A stretch of 64,000 nt of DNA from the human T2T-CHM13v2.0 reference genome, Homo sapiens: the NCBI RefSeq assembly GCF_009914755.1, contig NC_060935.1. The stretch is one strand, 5' to 3'. Shown here one piece after another: positions 55,422 to 64,000 of this stretch. The translations under genes were made by a program, and so were the position numbers. Within the stretch, counting starts at the first letter, position 1. Every line of letters starts with the position of its first letter. The notes beneath the pieces are model-generated. The model did no database searches. It saw only the letters and a list, made by a program, of their open reading frames with translations, and was not told the origin of the DNA.

Positions 55422-57471
55422 AGTATAAATGCGTATTATCAGTGTTGAATTATTTTTTATTCAGATCTCATGAATTCAATGTTCTTAAGTTAAATGGGAC
55501 TCATTTTCTCAAAATTACTTAATCTTCAGTGTTTATTTTGAGTGTTAACCATGAGCATTTAAGTATTTTTACATCTTACTTCCTAGACATGTGATTTATT
55601 TGGGATCAGTGCAGTTTTATTGTGTATCAATTAGTGGTTTATTTTCTTTAGGAATATACAATATAAACAACCTTAGAATAGGAAAAAAATGAGGCTGTGT
55701 TTCTTCACAGGTGGTACATATAATTTTCTCATTTATAAATTGAGCATCAAGCATTGCTCTTCTTCTATACGCCAAAGGCCATTCAATTAGTAGGACTAAT
55801 TTTCTCTGGCTTTTTATCAAGTTCTACTGTTTGGCTTTGGGTTTTGAAGCAGATGACAAGTACATAAAAAAACTGTTTTCTTTTTTAGGGGATGAAATAG
55901 ACTGGTTTCTAATACATTAATAATAAGCCATTTGGGCATTTTTATTTCCAAGATGGCTTAGAAAAATGCACCCACATTTTTACGCCCCATAATGAAGATG
56001 CCAAGAAAGCACCCACTCACATGAGCGTTGCCGACTTCTCTCTGCTGAATTATGCTAAAATGGCATTGGAGACAGGAAAAAACATTCCCAACAATTCTAT
56101 ATCAGATATGCTCCAAGGAAGTTGATGCCAAAAGTGTTACTGAGCTGGCTGTAAGGAAAACTCCATTTAGGGCACTTTATTTGAAAGGGTGGGCTAACAG
56201 CAGGGAAAGAAAATTTACTTGGGAAAAAGCACAAACAAATAAAAAGATTTCTTATTACCAGGTTATTATTGCAAATGTGAGTTATGAAATTTATCAAATA
56301 AGGAGGTTTTAAAATGCATCTGTGGGGTACCTTTTGAAATCTCATAAATATTTACACATTTTAAAAGATTATGTTTGAGTATTTCCAATAAAAGTGTTGC
56401 TATAAAATGTACCAATGGCCTAAGCATGGCTTTTAGAGCAGAAAATGGCTTTTAGATTTTTCAAGTTCAATCCCTTTGCACTTTTCAGAGGAGGAAATTG
56501 ATAAAATCAAAACAGTTTATGGAATAGTTGGAAGTCAAATTTACAGCTTCTTCTTCTAACCCAGCACACACACACTGTATCAGGTGTTTTTCACCTTCGG
56601 CATATTTTCTGAACTGCAGTAGTTATGTAGGAACTAGTTGGTGTCTATTTCTATTTATAGTAACACCTAGAGGAATATTTAACTTTGCGCTTGCCTTTGT
56701 AGGTGGCTCTCAGGAACAAACACCTTTACAGAAGTCCCAAATTTAAAATCCTCTCTTTTAAGAAAATATCTCTTGTTAACAAATCCTGACTTTGTTTAGT
56801 TATCAGACTCTTTCCTGAAGTGTTTGAAAGTTTTGGAATTAATATAAAAACAGGCAGTTGCAACTTGATTGACACAGTAGTTTGTGTGTAAGCACAAACA
56901 CTTTGAGAGGTCTGATTAGACTAGGATGTAGCCACATATTTTTAAAGGATTTTGATTTCTTGTGTCTGGGTAGTCCAGCCCTAAAATGCAAGGGCACTTC
57001 TGACTTATAACTATTTGGATCATTTAATGAAGAGCCAAATATTTCTTTCTCTGGGATATGAATCTGGTCTGTGTTCTCAATAATCAACTCACTTTTATAA
57101 AAGAAAAAAGGGCCTGCTTATAGCTTTCTTCCTGGAACTAGAAAGTAATTTTTTTAATTAATAAAAACTATGAATTGTAAATATAAAACTATATCTACAA
57201 TTATTATAAATCGATATAGAATTTTATGACTAATCCACTGATTAAATAATGATTTACCCATCACACTAAGAAATGAAAACTGCATATTGTTTACATCTAA
57301 ATTAAGCATGATTATCTGCAGAAATATGAGCACTGCACAATGAACCTGGAAAACCATTACTGTGTTTGATTTTGGACTTCTGTGTTTTGACCTGGTTGGA
57401 TTCATTATGTTGGCTCATTCAGACTCCAGAATCATCTCCTGTGTTTCATGCTGTTCCTTTCCCAAGAGGGC

Positions 57472-57620
57472 TGAGGCAGATAGTCTCTAGGGTGGTTCCT
57501 ATGATTGCTACTTCCTGGTGTTCATGACCTTTTATAATCCCCTTCTCTTGAGTCTGTGCAGGACATGACTTGTTTGTAACCAGTAGACTACATGAAAGGT
57601 GTGTGATTACATTACAATAG
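57472..57620 (+). mobile_element. MLT1 (E/F-like) LTR 5' fragment
   Basis: cctggtgttcatgaccttttataatccccttctcttgagt. Confidence 0.7.
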
Positions 57621-60600
57621 ATTGTAGTACCCATACTGCTGAGAACTTTTGTTCCTGTTTCTCCCAAAGTGCTTCATACCTAGTCATACTTCAGTACATG
57701 TTGGTTAAATGAACAGATATATACAAATGTTATTAACCTTTCCCTTATAAAAATAAGCATTTTCACACATACCACAGAATATCTGTCTTTATTTGACCAA
57801 ATTACTTTAATAATCAATGTCTTGACCTCCCTAACTTGCTTAAGTTGTCTGTTTTAAATGTTGTCATAATAACATGCATTTTTCCATTCTAGCACTTTAC
57901 ACAAAGATTACTAATTGTTGGATTATCAGTCTGATAATTATCTGTTCTACTAGATTTCACCCTGAGTGCAAGAATCAGGTTCATCTTGTTGCAACTAATA
58001 AAGTAACAATATATTGTGAAACACTTATTGAATGAATAAATACATGTACAATGTGATTGTCTGCAAAGTTGTGCCAAAAGATACAGTATGTTGCTTGTAT
58101 TTTTGTTTGGGGATTTCATTAGTCCCTTATATCCAATTAATACATTTCTACTTAAGATGTTCTATCACACCTGTATGAAGTCTTAGTAAAAGAAAAGTTA
58201 AACCTCCTGGCACAGTATATAAATCCTCATGAATACATCACAAACTAGCCTCTTCAAACCATGATTTCCCATCATGCAGATGGATGAACAATGAACACGA
58301 TGTGATAAAATATAGAAGAATCTTAGTGCTGCAGAAACCCGGAAAAGTGAGTGATTCATTCTGCTTGGTTTTCCAGGGGTGGTGTGGGCTAAATATCAGG
58401 AAAAGCTTCATGCAAGAGAGAGTGTTTGAGATAGACCTTAGAGGTGAGTGAAGAGAGGGAGGAAAGGAAAGCAGAGGAAACTGCATAACAAGGGCACCAA
58501 AAGCTTTATTTAAATAACGTCACTTATTTATTTACACTTCTCATTCTACAAAGAATTTAAAGTAGTTCACATAAGTATAAAATAAGTATGAAGTGTTTGG
58601 AGAAAACTAGTCTGGTGTGGCTAGACAATTAGATGCATGCTGGGAAATCATGGTTTGAAGAGGCTAGTTTGTGATGTATTCATGAGGATTTATACACTGT
58701 GCCAGAAGGTTTAACTTTAATGTAACAGTGTTCCTATAAATTCATCCTGTACTAAATCATTTATAAAGCATTTTTTTTTAAAATTAGACACTAATTTAAC
58801 TACTTCACAAAACAGTACTCTGCAAATGGATATTCTTAAACATATTTTACATTGATGTTAATACCCAGACTCTTTTCTCAGGGAGCATGATCTTTTGGGG
58901 AACTGGAAGGCAGGCAGTAAAGGCAGAGACTTCTCTGGCTTATGGAGGCTAAAGCAGTTTTATTAATAGTCAACATAACCTCAGGTACTAAGTTAAGAAT
59001 TCTCCTTCCCCAGCTCAAAAGTCTCAATTTTGAACAAAGCATATATGATTAAAATGACCACAAGAAACAGCAAAAATTACTTCTCTCATTGTAACATTCC
59101 TTGGTCTTAGAGTTCTGATACTGTTACATCCATGTTATCACCAGAGGTAACAGGGATGACGGCCTGTCACTGAGCTGTGTGCTGCTAACGCAGAGACATT
59201 TGTCCTCAGATAACTGTTCTGATACTGTCTCCTTGGACTATTGGCATCTTACAACCATCAGCATAAACACAAAAGTATTAAGGAATCCATATTTTAATTT
59301 CCCATAAAAGGTATAATCGGGTCTTTCCCACATGTCTACGAGCAACAGAAGAAATGAAGCCAACATTATGTAGATTACATACACCAGCTAGGAAAAAAGA
59401 AGGTTAAGGCAAGATATTTTAGTGAAAAGTCAATGCAAATTATCATTGGATGGTAAGGGACACCAGAGCAGCTCCACAATTCTGACTAAAATGAGTTAGA
59501 AATAGGATAAAATGAGGTGCAGAGAAGCACAATGGTTTTCTAAAAGTTTATATAGCCAGTAAATTGTGCAGCCTAGTTTTGAAAATGAGTCTCTGAAGTA
59601 TGCAACCAAAACTTATTTTTCTATTACTACCACCACTTTTGGTCCCTATCTCAAAATGAAAGGGGAAGTTTTTCAGGGAAGATAAGACATGCATATGAAT
59701 TACCAGAGTGTAAGGTGCAATGTGAAAGATGCAGATGGAGTGACATTAGACTGACTTATTTTCAGTGGAAACCCATAGAGGGTTTTATGAAGGAATGAAT
59801 TTGTGACACTGAGCTTCCATACGTGGCAAGGGAGCAATTTCTTTTGGCATAAAGGCATCTTTTAGTATTTGAACTTCAGAGAAGACGGCATAAAGCCAAA
59901 TATATGCCAAGAATAGCTTTGCTGTTTTCACTTTATTTTATTTTTAAAGCTTTTATTAGCAGCTTAAGCTCAATTCTGAGACTTCTGCTTAACAAAGTCA
60001 AGAGAGTAAGTCTACTCTCTTAGCTGCATTTGGGACAATTTACTATGTGATAAAACTGTCATTTTTCCTATCAATAGAGACTAAGGATTTCATTACCACC
60101 AAAATGCCTGTCTCAGCGTAAAGGTCAGAGGAATATTGGAGAAAATGCCCATATATTCAGCTGTCACAAAACTGTCCTACCTCCTCACAAACTCTAGAAC
60201 AGGTATTTCTGATGGTTCACCATTTATTGCACCTAGAATGAATGTGGGCACTTGGTTATAGAAGATACTGACATTTTAAATTTGCTGCATTTTTCATTGG
60301 TGGAAAGAGATGGGAGAGAAAGTTTTAACTTGCACATTCTAAATGTTTATGGGAAAAAAGAGTGGGCATGTGCGGGAAGTGAGAGGCAGGAAGGGACAAA
60401 ATATTTCTGTTCAGGTCACTTCCTGCCAACCTTTATATTCAGCCCAACTTGAGAGATGGTACTTTGTGGCACCTAAATGATTAATAAAGCTTCCCAGCAG
60501 GACCGCAAACCAACCTGAAGCTTACAAGCAGAATGTTACAGGTGACTGTCTAGAGAAAGAGCAAAAATCCTCAGAAGGCCATAATGACAACAGAAAATAT

Positions 60601-61462
60601 CATAGAGGGCTTAAAATGATACCAGTGAGATACTGAACAAAGGGAAAAGAAATGAAAGAAATGAGTTAGCATGCTTTCCTCAGGATATTCTCTTCATGTT
60701 GGGGTAATTTGGAATGTAGGTAATCAGAATAAATAGAAATACTTACTAGATGCCTAGACGTTGTTGCAAAAATCACACAGCCCCTTTGGCTCTCTTAGGG
60801 TTCCCTTTTCATATAGTATAGATAGCCTAGACTTAGCTGTGCCGTCTATCAAGATGTGCTTTATTTTGATTTTTCCCTCTCAAGATCCTTTGGATGCATG
60901 TCCTCAGAATGGAAGGGGAGTAGACCAATAAAATTTTGCTTCATGCACGTGGCAATAAAACATGAGCTAATTTGAGGCCATCTCTCAATATTCTTCTATA
61001 TACACAATGGATCGGAGTTATTTCAGAAATCATTTCCTAGAACAAAACAAGGAAAAAAGCCAAGCCTGGAAAATGGATTTAATGTTCCACTAAAGATACA
61101 GATGTTGATTTGGAGATAATGAAAGCACTATTCAAAACAGCAAGTGAGTTAATGATTATATATATAGCAAAGAAAAGGGCACCATTGTATGGAGTCTGCA
61201 CAGCCAGGTCCTTGTGTTCAGATCTAAGACTATAGGTAAGAAAGAGAGGGGGATTCTGGGCAGGTAGTAACTAACGATTGATGAAGAAAATGCAAAGAAA
61301 AAATCAGCAAAAACCAGTCACATATGGTGCAAGCAGGTTTTAAGATTTGAGATTTTGTTCTTTATGATATGCTTCATAGATCAATTAGTAATATGGGAGA
61401 TGGGCTATTTTCTTGTCTTTATTAAATGTTACCGTTCAATTACATTAATGTGGACTCTAACA

Positions 61463-61969
61463 TGTGATTAGTTTCTTTTTGCTGCTGTAACAAGTTACTA
61501 CAAATTCAGTAACTTAAAAAATACAAACTTGTTATCATTCAGCTCTGGAGCTCAGAAGTCTGAAATGGGTCTCACTGGGCTGGAATTGAGGCATTAGCAG
61601 GGCTGGGGTGTTTTGGAGGCTGTAGGGGAGAATTTGTTTCTGTGCCTTGTTAGCTTCTAGAGGCCACTGCATTCCTTGACTCTGGGACCTTCCCCCTCTA
61701 TTTCAAAGCCAGCAGCATAACATTTCCAATCTCCTTTTGACTCTGACCTCTTTTTCTATCACCACCTTCCACTTTAAAGGACGCTTGTGACTACATTAGG
61801 CATACCTGGATAATCTAGAATAATGTCTTAATTCTAAATACAACTAATTATCAACCTTAATTCCATATGCAAATATAATCCCTTCTTGCTCTGTAGCATA
61901 ATGTATTCTCAGCCCCAAGGGGTTAGTATACCGACATCTTTGGGGAGGGACATTATTCTGCCTAACACA
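61463..61969 (-). mobile_element. MLT1D-like solo LTR
   Basis: tgctgctgtaacaagttactacaaatt; cagaagtctgaaatgggtctcactggg; cattattctgcctaacaca. Confidence 0.88.
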
Positions 61970-63061
61970 AAATCTAATTAAATATTAAATTAACATGTTT
62001 ACATGGAAATTATTTTCAATTTAAATTTACCTTGACAGAGGAGACTACTTCATCTAAACTTCAGAACGTATGTAGATATTGCTTTACTATGATTCTAAAA
62101 CCTTAATCTACAAATTAACCAACTAAACCTCATTTCTTTCTCCAAAATATGTCTGCTTCTCTTGGAGTTTATTCTGGATTTATTATTTTTTAATTCTTTT
62201 GTAAAGGAGATTTTGCTTCTCATAGGTGAATTTGACTGCCTCAATTTTAAATTTATGCCCTCATTCTCCCTCCTCACTGCCCCTATCCATTCATTATCGT
62301 ATTTGACAAGTCTACTGTGTATCAGATACTCTGCTAGGTACAGACTATTCAAAAATGAATGTAACACATAGTCATTATTCTTTAAACAGGATCTGAAGGG
62401 GAGACAGAGAAGGACATATCATATTAAAGAAACACAATGTGGTATAAAGTAAATTACTATGAACTATTAAATCAGAGATGGACCCTAACTTTAGCTAGAG
62501 AGATCAACAAATCTTCACTGTAAATACAAACTTTGGATGTGATGGGTGGGGTTGTGTGGGTGGCACCTCAGCCAGAAGGAAGAGCAAGTGGAGATGGAGA
62601 CCTGCATGTGTCTTTTGCTCTTGCTGTTTGTTCCTCCTGGAATGTTACCCCACCCTCTGCCACTTATGTTCCTTTTCCATTCCTGTCCCCATTCCTAGGC
62701 CACCTGTTGAATCCCATTCCTGTTTTATTTGAAGGAATAAAAGGGAATAAGATGAGGACAAAATTAAGTCTTAATGCTTTGATGTGATACATAATCTCAT
62801 TTTGATTTTTCTTGCTTCTCCAAATAAATAACTTAACCACTCACTCATATAAACTTAAGTTCTAGATATTCCAGGTTTAACCTCATATTCCCCTTTATGG
62901 ATTCTCCTGTGTAAAAGGAAGAGACAAGACTCGGAAATCTGATAGATCTTAGTGTGAATTCTAGAGCAACCATGACAATGCATGTGACCTCGAATGGTTT
63001 TATTGCTCTCAATCCTATTCAGTTGGGATGTCATAAATTTACAATAAGACAACATGCAACT

Positions 63062-63370
63062 GCTGGGTGCGGTGGCTCACACCTGTAATCCCAGCACTTT
63101 GGGAGGACGAGGCGGGTGGGTCACGAAGTCAGGAGATCGAGACTGTCCTGGCTAACACGGTGAAACCCCGTCTCTACTAAAAACAGAATACAAAAAATTA
63201 GCCAGGCATGGTGGTGGGCTCCTGTAGTCCCAGCTACTCAGGAGGCTGAGGCAGGAGAATGGGGTGAAGCCAGGAGGCGGAGCTTTCAGTGAGCGGAGCT
63301 TGCGCCACTGCACTCCAGCCTGGGTGACAGAGTGAGACTCCCTCTCAAAAAAAAAAAAAAAAAAAAAAAA
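63062..63370 (+). mobile_element. AluY, full length
   Basis: ggagatcgagac, ggctaacacggtg; poly(A); 16-bp TSD aaga(ca/tg)acatgcaact at 63046-63061 and 63371-63386. Confidence 0.97.
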
Positions 63371-64000
63371 AAGATGACATGCAACTAATTTATTTAGTAG
63401 GCTAAACATAGGGTGGTTCAATGAGGAAACTATTTTATTTTTCTACCCCCTTCAGACATGCTCTGTTGGACTTCGCTTACTCTAATAATACCTAGCGATG
63501 AATCTACAGCTTTAGATTATTTTAACAAGAGTAATTCCATTTTTGCCATAAACATTCAGTTTCAGGTAGTTATGTTTTTCATGACTTCAATTGTAAACTT
63601 GAAACTTCAGTCTCAAATATATTCCACCTATATTGGGAAGACAGCATGGTTTCTCCTTTTAGTATCCTTTTTTCCTCCATCTCCCCTCTTTCCTCACCCT
63701 TCAAGCTCCTTCAGCGTTAAGGAAGAGAAGAGGAAAGGGATGAAAGTGGTTTCTATTTACCTTGCCCTGTTTGAAGTTCTATTTTGGCTCGTATTATCTG
63801 TCATTTCCTCTGTTTTGGCAAATGTTCAAATGTTCATGTTTTCGTAAGGCACAAATATGTGGTTTGGTTGAATACCCATCATAGATTTTCACACTGGACA
63901 GTTGATAACACAAAGGCATTTTACACCTGGCCTGTTGAATCTTGTCCTAGTAGTTTACCCCGAGGTACTTATTGTACCCTTATACCTTGGGTAGTCTCAA

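Noticed and set aside
63458-63847. 129-aa hydrophobic ORF
   Set aside because: Hydrophobicity reflects T-rich composition; no family resemblance or exon structure
63956-63993. Imperfect hairpin taccccgaggta...taccttgggta
   Set aside because: Short bulged stem at the window edge; cannot be separated from chance or a MITE remnant

Overview
AT-rich catarrhine primate DNA, probably human or ape (AluY/S/J, L1PA, THE1 and MST elements are present). It is intergenic or deep intronic and dominated by transposable-element fossils. I found no credible protein-coding exon, structural RNA gene, CpG island or CRISPR array. The listed ORFs are Alu, L1 or MaLR read-throughs or chance frames. Most of the structure is four nested insertion stacks. 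(1) 13.2-22.8 kb: an old L1M is split by a complete MST (MaLR) provirus, which is split by the 5' half of an L1MA-type element that has a TSD but no poly(A). (2) 28.3-31.1 kb: an AluJ is split by a full-length THE1A, and one THE1A LTR carries a very short L1PA 3' fragment with an apparent 3' transduction. (3) 32.1-43.0 kb: an L1PA16-like element is split by an AluJ and by a full-length, decayed 6.3 kb L1PA8A-like element. (4) 49.5-52.3 kb: a two-LTR MLT1 element contains an AluY. Unique blocks near 6.3-7.1, 11.8-13.1, 25.7-27.2, 47.9-48.3 and 55.9-61.2 kb may hold regulatory elements or lncRNA exons, but sequence alone cannot show this. I do not see a convincing new biological system; the best findings are unusual retrotransposition events. 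Subfamily names come from remembered consensus features, and boundaries of old elements are approximate.
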